DNA of 35,133 nt from NCBI GenBank assembly GCA_938016235.1, contig CALLPU010000278.1, positions 1 to 35,133 on the forward strand, in the 5' to 3' direction. Source of the DNA: an uncultured Granulosicoccus sp. Lineage in GTDB: Bacteria; Pseudomonadota; Gammaproteobacteria; Granulosicoccales; Granulosicoccaceae. Made by a program: the position numbers and the translations under genes. Positions 19,163-27,653 of this stretch are shown here, one piece after another; positions within the stretch are counted from its first letter, which is position 1, and each line of letters begins with the position of its first letter. The notes below the pieces were generated by a model. It worked only from the letters and a program-made list of their open reading frames with translations. It had not been told where the DNA came from and ran no database searches.

Positions 19163-19941
19163 GATGCCATCACCTGTTGCATCAGGTCGGCCAGGTCTTG
19201 TGTGTGGCTGTCACGCAGTAATTGCTCGGGTGTACCATCCAGATGTAAATTGCCTTTGTGCAGCATCAGGACACGATCAGAATCGTATACTTCATCCATG
19301 AGGTGCGTGGCCCACAAAACAGCGCAACCGTGCATGGCCGGTAACTCATGGATATACCGAATCAATTCAGAGCGGGTCGGGGAGTCCAGTCCAACCGTGG
19401 GTTCGTCAAGTAACAGTATGCTGGGCTTGTGCAGTGTGGCCCTGATGATTTCAACACGCCGTCGGTGCCCGCCATTTAATGAACGAACCTTGTCATTGCC
19501 TCGCGTGCTCATGTCCATGCGTTTCAAGGCAGTGGCAATTCGTGCCCTGGCCTCTTTGCGCGCAATACCTTGCAGGGCACAGAAGTACATCAGGTTCTGT
19601 TCCACGCTCAAGTCCAGATCCAGAGTCTGCGATTGAAAGACGATACCCAACGGCGCCAGTGCGTCTGCGCTTTGCAGCAATGAGCGGCCGTTGATCAAGA
19701 TGGAACCACGGTCAGCCGCAAACAAACCACAGATCAATGAAAACAATGTAGTTTTGCCGGCGCCGTTCGGGCCTAGCAGAATGACACTTTCGCCGGGCGC
19801 GATGGAGATGGCGATATCGCTGAGTGCCGAGGTTTTGCCATACTGAAAACTGACGCCCTGTATGTCCAGTGCATGCATGGGCGAATTGGCGTTCTTTGCG
19901 CTTTCGGGAATGTTAACTGGAGGTGCTTCGCTGGCGCTCAT
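19159..19941 (-). CDS. pedB: ABC ATP-binding protein of PQQ-ADH systems (PedB/LutE-like)
   Basis: GPNGAGKT, VFQSQTLDLDLSV, LNGGHRRRVEI, LLDEPTVGLD and LWATHL. ATGA overlap with pedC. Start uncertain; ATG 19941 chosen. Confidence 0.85.
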   Translation of the reverse strand: MSASEAPPVNIPESAKNANSPMHALDIQGVSFQYGKTSALSDIAISIAPGESVILLGPNGAGKTTLFSLICGLFAADRGSILINGRSLLQSADALAPLGIVFQSQTLDLDLSVEQNLMYFCALQGIARKEARARIATALKRMDMSTRGNDKVRSLNGGHRRRVEIIRATLHKPSILLLDEPTVGLDSPTRSELIRYIHELPAMHGCAVLWATHLMDEVYDSDRVLMLHKGNLHLDGTPEQLLRDSHTQDLADLMQQVMAS

Positions 19942-19943
19942 AG

Positions 19944-19987
19944 TTCCAAAAGTACCATGTTGTAGCGTCAAGGGTTTACGCTATTCT
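19944..19987 (+). promoter_or_regulatory. Putative activator box plus -10 upstream of pedF
   Basis: TTCCAAAAGTAC (19944-19955), N26, TATTCT (19982-19987). Confidence 0.5.
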
Positions 19988-20022
19988 GTAATGATAAATT
20001 GACATCAGGTATGTATTTTTCA

Positions 20023-20469
20023 ATGAAAAAGCAGTTGATAGCAGTATCCGCATTAGCCGTCGTTGCCGTGCAGTTCGCATGGGTTGAGACCAGCATGAGT
20101 CATGGTGATGTGCAGCCACAGGCTGTTGACACAGAAGGCCTTGAACCCCTTCCAGAAGAAATAGCCATGGAAAATCCCTACCGCCTGGCGGGTGGCGAAC
20201 AGTATGAGTTGGCGAAAACCATCGGTGCTTCGGCCTACAACTCAAACTGTGCGCGTTGTCACGGGCTGGAGGCCATTTCCGGTGGAATCGCGCCGGACCT
20301 GCGCATGCTGGAAGACGGCGAATTTGGTGATGAGTGGTATATGGAGCGTGTACGAAAGGGTTATAGCCAGAATGGCGCTTACAAAATGCCTCCGTTTGAA
20401 AGTATCCTGAGCCAGGAAGCCATGTGGGCGATCCGCTCCTACACGGAAAACCAGCCACGACCGGAGTAG
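20023..20469 (+). CDS. pedF: Cytochrome c-550 (PedF/ExaB)
   Basis: Signal peptide, HGDVQPQAVDT, NPYR, heme motif CARCH, GGIAPDLR and axial Met in KMPPF. Confidence 0.92.
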   Translation: MKKQLIAVSALAVVAVQFAWVETSMSHGDVQPQAVDTEGLEPLPEEIAMENPYRLAGGEQYELAKTIGASAYNSNCARCHGLEAISGGIAPDLRMLEDGEFGDEWYMERVRKGYSQNGAYKMPPFESILSQEAMWAIRSYTENQPRPE

Positions 20470-20546
20470 GCAATCATCGTGGCTGGAGTTACCCTTTCGT
20501 GAATACGCTATTCAACGGTTTCCATGAGCGCTGCGTCAATCAGCGC

Positions 20547-21395
20547 ATGAAAAGAATCCTGCTCTTCTCCGCTCTGGCTGCATCATTGGTTCTGGCGGCG
20601 CCTGCGGCGATGGCGCGTCCTGTGGATGAGGTGGTAGCCAGCGGCAAGCTGGTCGTGTTCGCTTACAGCGACTATGCACCGTATTCCTGGTTGGATGGAG
20701 AGGAGGCGCGTGGGATCGACGTCGATATTGCTCGCCATTTCGGCACCAGTCTGGGCGTAGACGTTGAGTTCCTGATTCGGGGAGCCGATGAGAACCTGGA
20801 CGATGACTTGCGAGTCAACATCTGGAAAGGGGACTTGATTCATCGACGTGTGTCGGATGTGATGATGCACGTGCCATTCGATCGCGAAGTGGATTCGCGC
20901 AACGAGCTGGCCGTGTTGACTTCACCCTATTTCCAGGAAGAGATGGCGCTGGTTTTCAATACGGCTGAACACGAGTCTGTGGAAACCTTTGGCAGGTTTG
21001 TAACGAACCCGATTGCAGTTGAATTGGATACGGCGGGGGATTTCTTTCTATCCAATGCTTTTCGTGGCCAGTTACAGCAGAGCGTGAAGCGGGGGCGAAC
21101 TTTTGCCGACGCTCAGAGTCTCTACATCAACGGTGATGTGGGTGCTCTGATGGGCTCGCGCGCGCAGGCTGAATGGGTAGCCAGTCAGGCAGGCGATATT
21201 CGTTCTAAAGTATCGCAGCCTCCCATGCCCGGCATTGTGCGCACAGGTTGGCCAATTGGGATTGCGGTAAAACATGATAGTCGAGATCTCGGCTACGCTT
21301 TGGGAGACGTGCTGTCAGAGCTTATCGAGTCCGGGGAAATGCAGGCCATCTATGCACAGTACGGGGTGACATGGCTGGCGCCTGAATTGGAGTGA
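20547..21395 (+). CDS. Quinoprotein-associated periplasmic binding protein (PedG/XoxJ/MxaJ-like)
   Basis: Signal peptide from ATG 20547, YAPYSW, GIDVDIA, ADENLDDDLR and DVMMHVPFD. It directly follows pedF. Confidence 0.8.
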   Translation: MKRILLFSALAASLVLAAPAAMARPVDEVVASGKLVVFAYSDYAPYSWLDGEEARGIDVDIARHFGTSLGVDVEFLIRGADENLDDDLRVNIWKGDLIHRRVSDVMMHVPFDREVDSRNELAVLTSPYFQEEMALVFNTAEHESVETFGRFVTNPIAVELDTAGDFFLSNAFRGQLQQSVKRGRTFADAQSLYINGDVGALMGSRAQAEWVASQAGDIRSKVSQPPMPGIVRTGWPIGIAVKHDSRDLGYALGDVLSELIESGEMQAIYAQYGVTWLAPELE

Positions 21396-21405
21396 GGTAC
21401 ACACT

Positions 21406-22188
21406 ATGCTGAGAATACTGGTGTTGATAGTGGCAGTGATGGGCATCGCCAACGTGCAAGCCCGAACACTACCTGCCGACCCGCTGGAGTCGGTCATGTG
21501 GCAATACATGGCTGAACGATTCATGCCCGAAGGCGAAATCGTCTTCGACGACAAGGTTATTGTGATGGCTCCCTTGTCGGCTGAAAACCAGTTTCATGTT
21601 CCCATTACCGTTGATGCGACGGCCCTGGATGATGTTCAGGAAATCATTGCCATCGCCGACCTGAACCCCATCCCTCTGGTGCTCAGTGTGCGGCCCAAAG
21701 AAGCCTTGTCGTATGTGGGTTTTCGGCTCAAGCTGCAGCAAACTTCGCCCATTCACGTGGGTGTTCGCACCGGTGACGGTGTCTGGCATGTGAGCGGCGC
21801 TATTGTTGATGCTGCCGGTGGCGGTTGCACAGCGCCCGCTGCCGCGCATGGCGAGAGCAACTGGATGCAGACCTTGGGTGAAACCCGAGCCTATGCGGGT
21901 CGAGAGACTCTCAGCAATGCCCGCATGACGCTGCGCATGCGCCACCCGATGGACACCGGGCTCGCCGCCGGGATCCCGGCTTTTTACATGAACGAGCTGG
22001 TGGTGAAGGACGATGCCGGGCAGGTGGTTGCGGAAATCGACATGTACGAGCCTGTCAGTGAAAACCCCACATTGACCCTCAAGCCCAAAGTGGGCAGCGA
22101 GGAGACTGTCCTGCATGTGTCCACACGTGACACCGAAGGCAATACCTTTGACTTCCCGTTAACCGTGCCAGCCTCTGCCAGATTGTGA
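21406..22188 (+). CDS. Quinoprotein dehydrogenase-associated fused SoxYZ-like carrier
   Basis: DPLESVMW, DLNPIP, AAGGGCTAP, HPMDTGL, IPAFY and PVSENP. Confidence 0.87.
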   Translation: MLRILVLIVAVMGIANVQARTLPADPLESVMWQYMAERFMPEGEIVFDDKVIVMAPLSAENQFHVPITVDATALDDVQEIIAIADLNPIPLVLSVRPKEALSYVGFRLKLQQTSPIHVGVRTGDGVWHVSGAIVDAAGGGCTAPAAAHGESNWMQTLGETRAYAGRETLSNARMTLRMRHPMDTGLAAGIPAFYMNELVVKDDAGQVVAEIDMYEPVSENPTLTLKPKVGSEETVLHVSTRDTEGNTFDFPLTVPASARL

Positions 22189-23210
22189 ACACGACAGATG
22201 TCCCCGGCGCCAATTGCGTAGCATCGTTACGCCGCAGCGCAGCCCCGTTTTCCTCTGCCCGCAGGCGCGCGCTGCGATGGATGGTGGCCGGTTGCGGTTG
22301 TGCGGCTTGCGGCATAGGCAACGCCAGGTTGCTCGACTTCGATCTTTCTGCGGTTGAGATAGCGTCCAGAACCTGGGCGGTGTTAGGGCGCACAGACTAC
22401 TTCGACATGGAGAACGGCGGCAACATCGTCAATGTGGCCTTCATTGAAGTTCCCGACGGTGTGGTTGTTATTGATACTGGCCCATCCAAACGCTATGGCG
22501 ATGCCTTGCGGTCGCTGATTGAGCGTACGGTTCCGGGCAAGCCGATACTCCGCGTGTACAACACGCATCACCATCCCGACCATTTTCTGGGCAACCAGTC
22601 GTTCGATGCTGAACTCATTGCAGCACCCCAGGCCGTCATCGACAACATCACGCTGGAAGGAGATGGATTTGCCGACAACATGTATCGGCTGCTGGGTGAC
22701 TGGATGCGCGGCACCCTGCCGCAAGCCCCTACCATCGCACTGGATGCTGCTAAAGAATCTGTGGGTGGCCGTGATTTTTCGTTATTTTATCTGGCCGGCC
22801 ATACCAGCAGTGATTTCGTGATTCGGGACGATTCAACAGGCGTTCTATTCGCCGGGGATCTGGCATTTTTGTACCGTGCGCCCACCACCCCACACGCTGA
22901 TATGCCCCAGTGGCGGCAATCTCTGGATACGCTGGCATCGATCGATAAAGCCCTGCTGCTGCCCGGTCATGGACCCAGTGATGCCAAAGATGAATCATTG
23001 ACACAAACCGGCGATTACCTGGACTGGTTACACGGCACACTGAGCGACGCTGTGGGCAGTGGTCTGACCATGAACGAGGCAATGCTACTGCCTATTCCTG
23101 CTCGTTTTGAGGGCCTTGGGGTGGTCAGGACCGAATACGAGCGCTCAGTGGTGCACCTGTACCCGGCGCTGGAAGATTCTCTGTTTCCGGTTATCGAAGT
23201 CACTCAGTAG
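22185..23210 (+). CDS. Quinoprotein relay system Zn metallo-hydrolase (MBL fold, SoxH-like), Tat-exported
   Basis: Twin-Arg leader ARRRAL, NGGNIVN, IDTG, THHHPDH, GHT, AGDL and PGHG. GTGA overlap with the upstream gene. Confidence 0.87.
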   Translation: MNTTDVPGANCVASLRRSAAPFSSARRRALRWMVAGCGCAACGIGNARLLDFDLSAVEIASRTWAVLGRTDYFDMENGGNIVNVAFIEVPDGVVVIDTGPSKRYGDALRSLIERTVPGKPILRVYNTHHHPDHFLGNQSFDAELIAAPQAVIDNITLEGDGFADNMYRLLGDWMRGTLPQAPTIALDAAKESVGGRDFSLFYLAGHTSSDFVIRDDSTGVLFAGDLAFLYRAPTTPHADMPQWRQSLDTLASIDKALLLPGHGPSDAKDESLTQTGDYLDWLHGTLSDAVGSGLTMNEAMLLPIPARFEGLGVVRTEYERSVVHLYPALEDSLFPVIEVTQ

Positions 23211-23280
23211 CGCTGTTTCCGCGGTGAGCTGAGGATTTGTCGGCGGCTGACTCCAGCAGCTGGCGCAGTTAACCTGAAGG

Positions 23281-23323
23281 GTACCTTTGGACACTATGTC
23301 ATGAGTGTCAACTTGGCTAGACT
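23281..23323 (+). promoter_or_regulatory. Putative activator box plus -10 upstream of pedH
   Basis: GTACCTTTGGAC (23281-23292), N25, TAGACT (23318-23323). SD AGGAG at 23406-23410. Confidence 0.55.
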
Positions 23324-23416
23324 CCTCGACAGCGATGAGAATTCTCAGACGCATTCGGTCCACGAGCGCTGCTGATTACAAGCGGCCTGTGTTACGAGCC
23401 ACTCCAGGAGTAGTTA

Positions 23417-25201
23417 ATGAAACGAAAACAGACTTTGCTGGCGTTCGCCGGCTCCCTCGCATTGGGTGTTGCGGGCTTCAGTACATCAGCCACTGCGCTG
23501 GATGTGTCAATCGACGAGATAATGAACGATCAGTCGTCAGGCGAGGATATCCTCTCTTACGGTCTGGGCCCGCGTGCACAGCGCTACAGCCCGCTCGATC
23601 AACTGAACAAAGACAACATCAAGAACCTCTATCCGGTCTGGTCCTTCTCGTTTGGCGGTGAAAAACAGCGCGGACAGGAATCTCAGCCGCTGATTAAAGA
23701 TGGCGTCATGTACGTTACCGGTTCATACAGCCGCATGTGGGCAATCGATATCGCTTCAGGTGAAGAACTTTGGCAGTATGATGCCAGACTGCCTGAAGGC
23801 ATTCTGCCGTGCTGTGACGTGGTTAATCGTGGTGCCGCCATTCTGGGCGACAAGGTGTTCTTCGGCACGCTGGACGCCAAGATCGTCGCGCTGGACGCTG
23901 CAACCGGCAAGGTCATCTGGCGCAAGAAAATCGGTGACTACGAAGCGGGTTACTCCTACACGGCGGCGCCACTTATTGTGCCCACCGAGGCGCATGGCCC
24001 CCTCATCCTGACGGGTAACTCCGGCGGTGAATTCGGCATCGTTGGCCAGGTAGAAGCGCGTCACCCCGATACGGGTGAGCTGATCTGGTCGCGTCCCACC
24101 ATCGAAGGTCATATGGGCACGCTTAAAGGTCAGGAGTCTTCCATGACCGGTGTTGCCAATGAATCATGGCCTGGCGACATGTGGAAGAACGGCGGCGGAG
24201 CAACCTGGTTAGGCGGCACCTATGATCCGGAAACCAAGCTGGCCTACTTTGGCACCGGTAACCCCGCTCCGTGGAACAGCTACCTGCGCCCTGGAGACAA
24301 CAAGTGGACATCCTCTCGCGTTGCTATCGATGTAGAGACCGGTGAGATTGCCTGGGGTTTCCAGACAACCCCGCACGACGGGTGGGATTACGATGGTGTC
24401 AACGAGTTCATCTCGTTTGATATGGAAAAGGATGGCGAGACGGTACAAGCCGGAGCCACGGCCGATCGAAACGGCTTCTTCTACGTGCTGGATCGCACCA
24501 ACGGGGAGTTCATTTCTGCCACACCTTTTGTGCAGAACATCAGCTGGGCCAAGGGCATGGATGAGAACGGTCGTCCGTTGTTCGATCCTGAGAATCGTCC
24601 CGGTAACCCCACTGAGTCTGCCGATGGTAAAAAGGGTAAATCCATCTTCGCCGTACCGAGTTTCCTCGGTGGCAAGAACTGGATGCCCATGGCGTACTCG
24701 CAAAAAACCAGCAACTTCTATATCCCATCCAATGAGTGGGGAATGGATTTGTGGAATGAGCCTGTCACCTACAAGAAGGGCGCGGCTTATCTGGGTGCGG
24801 GTTTCACCATCAAGCCCATCTTCGATGACTACATCGGTTCTTTGAAGGCGATGGATCCTGCTACGGGTGAAGTGAAGTGGGAATACAAGAACAAGGCACC
24901 TTTGTGGGGTGGCGTTCTGACTACCGCTGGTGGACTGGTCATGACCGGTACTCCGGAAGGCTACCTGAAGGCGTTTGACGACGAGACGGGTGAAGAACTC
25001 TGGAAATTCCAGACAGGCACTGGCATCGTTTCCTCACCTATTACCTGGGAGCAGGATGGTGAGCAATACGTCGCTATCGTGACAGGCTGGGGTGGCGCGG
25101 TTCCATTGTGGGGCGGTGAAGTGGCCAAGGTGGTCAGCTATCTGAACCAGGGTGGATCGGTCTGGGTCTTCAAGATTCCTGAGGGGCTTGCTTCCAACTG
25201 A
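23417..25201 (+). CDS. pedH: Lanthanide-dependent PQQ alcohol dehydrogenase (PedH/ExaF type)
   Basis: Signal peptide, [10 protein letters not shown], vicinal disulfide [29 protein letters not shown] (D324-x-D326) and [11 protein letters not shown]. Confidence 0.93.
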   Translation: MKRKQTLLAFAGSLALGVAGFSTSATALDVSIDEIMNDQSSGEDILSYGLGPRAQRYSPLDQLNKDNIKNLYPVWSFSFGGEKQRGQESQPLIKDGVMYVTGSYSRMWAIDIASGEELWQYDARLPEGILPCCDVVNRGAAILGDKVFFGTLDAKIVALDAATGKVIWRKKIGDYEAGYSYTAAPLIVPTEAHGPLILTGNSGGEFGIVGQVEARHPDTGELIWSRPTIEGHMGTLKGQESSMTGVANESWPGDMWKNGGGATWLGGTYDPETKLAYFGTGNPAPWNSYLRPGDNKWTSSRVAIDVETGEIAWGFQTTPHDGWDYDGVNEFISFDMEKDGETVQAGATADRNGFFYVLDRTNGEFISATPFVQNISWAKGMDENGRPLFDPENRPGNPTESADGKKGKSIFAVPSFLGGKNWMPMAYSQKTSNFYIPSNEWGMDLWNEPVTYKKGAAYLGAGFTIKPIFDDYIGSLKAMDPATGEVKWEYKNKAPLWGGVLTTAGGLVMTGTPEGYLKAFDDETGEELWKFQTGTGIVSSPITWEQDGEQYVAIVTGWGGAVPLWGGEVAKVVSYLNQGGSVWVFKIPEGLASN

Positions 25202-25209
25202 TTCTGCGG

Positions 25210-25241
25210 GCCCCGTTGCCACCTGGCTGGCAGTGGGGTTT
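25210..25241 (+). terminator. Stem-loop directly after the pedH stop (terminator or mRNA stabiliser)
   Basis: GCCCCGTTGCCA-cctggc-TGGCAGTGGGGT forms a 12-bp stem with G-U pairs. The U tail is short. Confidence 0.5.
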
Positions 25242-25343
25242 CGATCAGTTTGGTATCTCTGGAAAGGCGGTGTGTGTGGGTAGATCGACTGGATCGACCT
25301 TCTTGCACAGCCTTAAACCGTAAAACGTAGTACGAGTAGATAC

Positions 25344-25375
25344 AGGGCAGATTCCTCACGGGGTCTGCCTTTTTT
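25344..25375 (+). terminator. Rho-independent terminator
   Basis: GGCAGATTCC-tcac-GGGGTCTGCC followed by TTTTTT. Confidence 0.8.
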
Positions 25376-25516
25376 ATTGCCAGTGTGCCGTAAGTGGATC
25401 GTGCACCGGCATTCAACGAAAGGCGTTACTATTTTGCGAACAGCGACGGCCCACAGGGTTCAGACGACTGAAGATCGATGCAAGTCATATGGCATCCGCG
25501 GTGGCAGGAAGGTACG

Positions 25517-26230
25517 ATGAGCGTGTATCCCATACAGCGACCTTCTGCAATGACCGATTTGTCTCAGGTTCTGATCATCGACGACCATCCGCTCTTTCGA
25601 GAAGCACTGAGTGCGGCTGTGAGCCTGGCGTACCCAGCCACGCGTTCGCGTGAAGTGAGTACGCTGGACGATGCTATCAGTGTGCTCGAAGCGGACAGAG
25701 ACTTCGATATTGCTCTGTTGGATCTGAACATTCCAGGTGTTACTGGATTCGAGGGCTTGCTGCGATTGCGCACCTTGCATCCACGATTACCCGTGCTGGT
25801 GGTGTCTGGCCTCGAGAATGAGCAGATTATCGACGAGGCGATTACCTATGGTGCCGCAGGATTTCTGCCCAAGTCATTGGGTCGTGAAGTGCTGGCGACG
25901 GCCATTGGGACGATCATGGCCGGTGATGTGTATGTGCCCGATCGTATGTCACAGAGCAGCAGCACCGAAGCTGACAACGACAAGCACCTGATTATTGAAC
26001 GGTTGCTGAGCCTGACGCCTCAGCAACTGCGGGTGTTGTTCATGCTGCGTGAAGGACTACTTAACAAACAGATTGCCTACGAGCTGGACGTGGGTGCAAC
26101 GACCGTGAAGAAACATGTGTCGGAAATCCTGCGCAAACTGTGTGTCCATAGCCGGACACAAGCGGTAATTGAAGTGTCCAAACTCGATCAGGATGAGCTG
26201 TTTGATATGGAGAAGCGGTTTCTTAATTAG
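25517..26230 (+). CDS. NarL/LuxR-family response regulator (ErbR/AgmR/ErdR-like)
   Basis: REC domain IIDDHPLFR / LLDLNIP / FLPKS and HTH LTPQQLRVL...GLLNKQIAYEL...TVKKHVS. GGAAGG precedes ATG 25517. Confidence 0.92.
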   Translation: MSVYPIQRPSAMTDLSQVLIIDDHPLFREALSAAVSLAYPATRSREVSTLDDAISVLEADRDFDIALLDLNIPGVTGFEGLLRLRTLHPRLPVLVVSGLENEQIIDEAITYGAAGFLPKSLGREVLATAIGTIMAGDVYVPDRMSQSSSTEADNDKHLIIERLLSLTPQQLRVLFMLREGLLNKQIAYELDVGATTVKKHVSEILRKLCVHSRTQAVIEVSKLDQDELFDMEKRFLN

Positions 26231-26273
26231 CGTGTTGATCGCTGCGCCTTTGCTTTCACTCTAATAGCAACAC

Positions 26274-27644
26274 TCAAGCAGACAACTCAGAAGAACGTGC
26301 ACGCAGATGTGTCAGCAAGGCACGTAGTTGTGCAGGCTTGACGGGCTTTTGCATGACCTCGATACGACCCTGATCTGCCATTTTCCACAATCGCTCTGAC
26401 GGGTCTGCTGTTACAACCACAGCCGGTATTCGTCGTCCTATGAGTTGTCGCACGATCCTGATCACTGAGGTGCCACGCTCGTTGTTGTTCAGATGCTGAT
26501 CAGCAATAATCAAGTCGGGTACCCATGCGTTTTCGCTGTTCAATGCACCCAGTGTTTCGCGGGTAGAGCTGGCCAGCCGCAATTCGCAACCCCACTGCTT
26601 TAGCAACGCTTCCATCGCTTGCAGGGCGGCCAGATCATTTTCTATAACCAGAATTCGCGTACCTGCAAGCTTGACCCCATTGATTTTATCGGTACCCCGA
26701 GTTGCCGATGCCTTTGCAGGTGCGTCTTCTACGGCCTGTTCAAACGGCAGCGTCAGGCTGAAGCAGGAGCCGTAACCAATGCGCGAGTTCAGCGTCAGGT
26801 TTATATCCAGGGTATTGACCATGCGCTCAACGATGGCAAGGCCCAAGCCTAAACCCGCCGATGATCCATCAAGATCATCAGGGCCCTGGCCACAACGCTG
26901 GAATTCCACAAAGATATCCTTGAATCGCTCAGGTTCGATGCCAATGCCGGTGTCTGCGATACGAATATGGACTTTCTCACCGCGGCGCCCGGCCGTGAGT
27001 AATGCACCGCCTTGACGTGTGTAACGCAGTGCGTTGGCTACGATGTTCTGGATGGTACGTCGCAGCATGGTGGGGTCAGACCACACATGCAGCCCGGTTC
27101 GTCGAACTCGCAATTCCAGATTACGCACTTGGGCGATAGGTTGAAAATCCGATGCTATCGAATCGAATAGCATGTCCAGAGACACGGTTTGCCAGTGAGG
27201 TCGAACATCGCCGGCATCGAGTCGGGACATGTACAGCAGATTGCGCAGCAGCGTGTCCATGGTCTCCAGCGAATGCTCAACCTGTCTGCATAGACGCGTG
27301 CCTTCTGCGGTGGACTGAACCGTACTTAACGTGGACATCAACAGCAAGGCAGCGTTAAGGGGTTGCAGTACGTCGTGACTGGCGGCTGCGAGAAATCGGG
27401 TTTTTGAAAAGTTGGCTTGTTCGGCAGCTTCCTTGGCGTTGATCAGTTGCAGGTTGGAGCGCTCAAGATCAGCAAGCGTGCTGGACAGTTCCCCGGTACG
27501 TCGCCTGACCTGTTCCTCAAGACTGATAGCCGTTTGAAACAGCGAGTAGGCATTGCCCTGCTGATCCATGGACAATTCAACCCGTTCCATGAGGGCTCGA
27601 TTGATTTTTCTAAGCTTGTGTAACTCTGTCTGAGCTTCAGTCAT
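26274..27644 (-). CDS. Cytoplasmic hybrid histidine kinase (NahK/ErcS-like) without PAS domains
   Basis: N-terminal coiled coil LRKINRALMERVE, H-box AASHDVLQPL, NALRYT, DTGIGI, GLGLGLAIV and a C-terminal receiver. No TM helix. Confidence 0.9.
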   Translation of the reverse strand: MTEAQTELHKLRKINRALMERVELSMDQQGNAYSLFQTAISLEEQVRRRTGELSSTLADLERSNLQLINAKEAAEQANFSKTRFLAAASHDVLQPLNAALLLMSTLSTVQSTAEGTRLCRQVEHSLETMDTLLRNLLYMSRLDAGDVRPHWQTVSLDMLFDSIASDFQPIAQVRNLELRVRRTGLHVWSDPTMLRRTIQNIVANALRYTRQGGALLTAGRRGEKVHIRIADTGIGIEPERFKDIFVEFQRCGQGPDDLDGSSAGLGLGLAIVERMVNTLDINLTLNSRIGYGSCFSLTLPFEQAVEDAPAKASATRGTDKINGVKLAGTRILVIENDLAALQAMEALLKQWGCELRLASSTRETLGALNSENAWVPDLIIADQHLNNNERGTSVIRIVRQLIGRRIPAVVVTADPSERLWKMADQGRIEVMQKPVKPAQLRALLTHLRARSSELSA

Positions 27645-27653
27645 GGCGATGGC

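Noticed and set aside
25255-25320. CTCTGGAAAG (glycine riboswitch-like) and GCCTTAAACC (c-di-GMP-I-like) words
   Set aside because: The other conserved elements of either riboswitch are missing.
25269-25323. Short GTG-started ORF after pedH as a possible PqqA precursor
   Set aside because: The peptide (VCVGRSTGSTFLHSLKP) lacks the E-x-x-x-Y motif.
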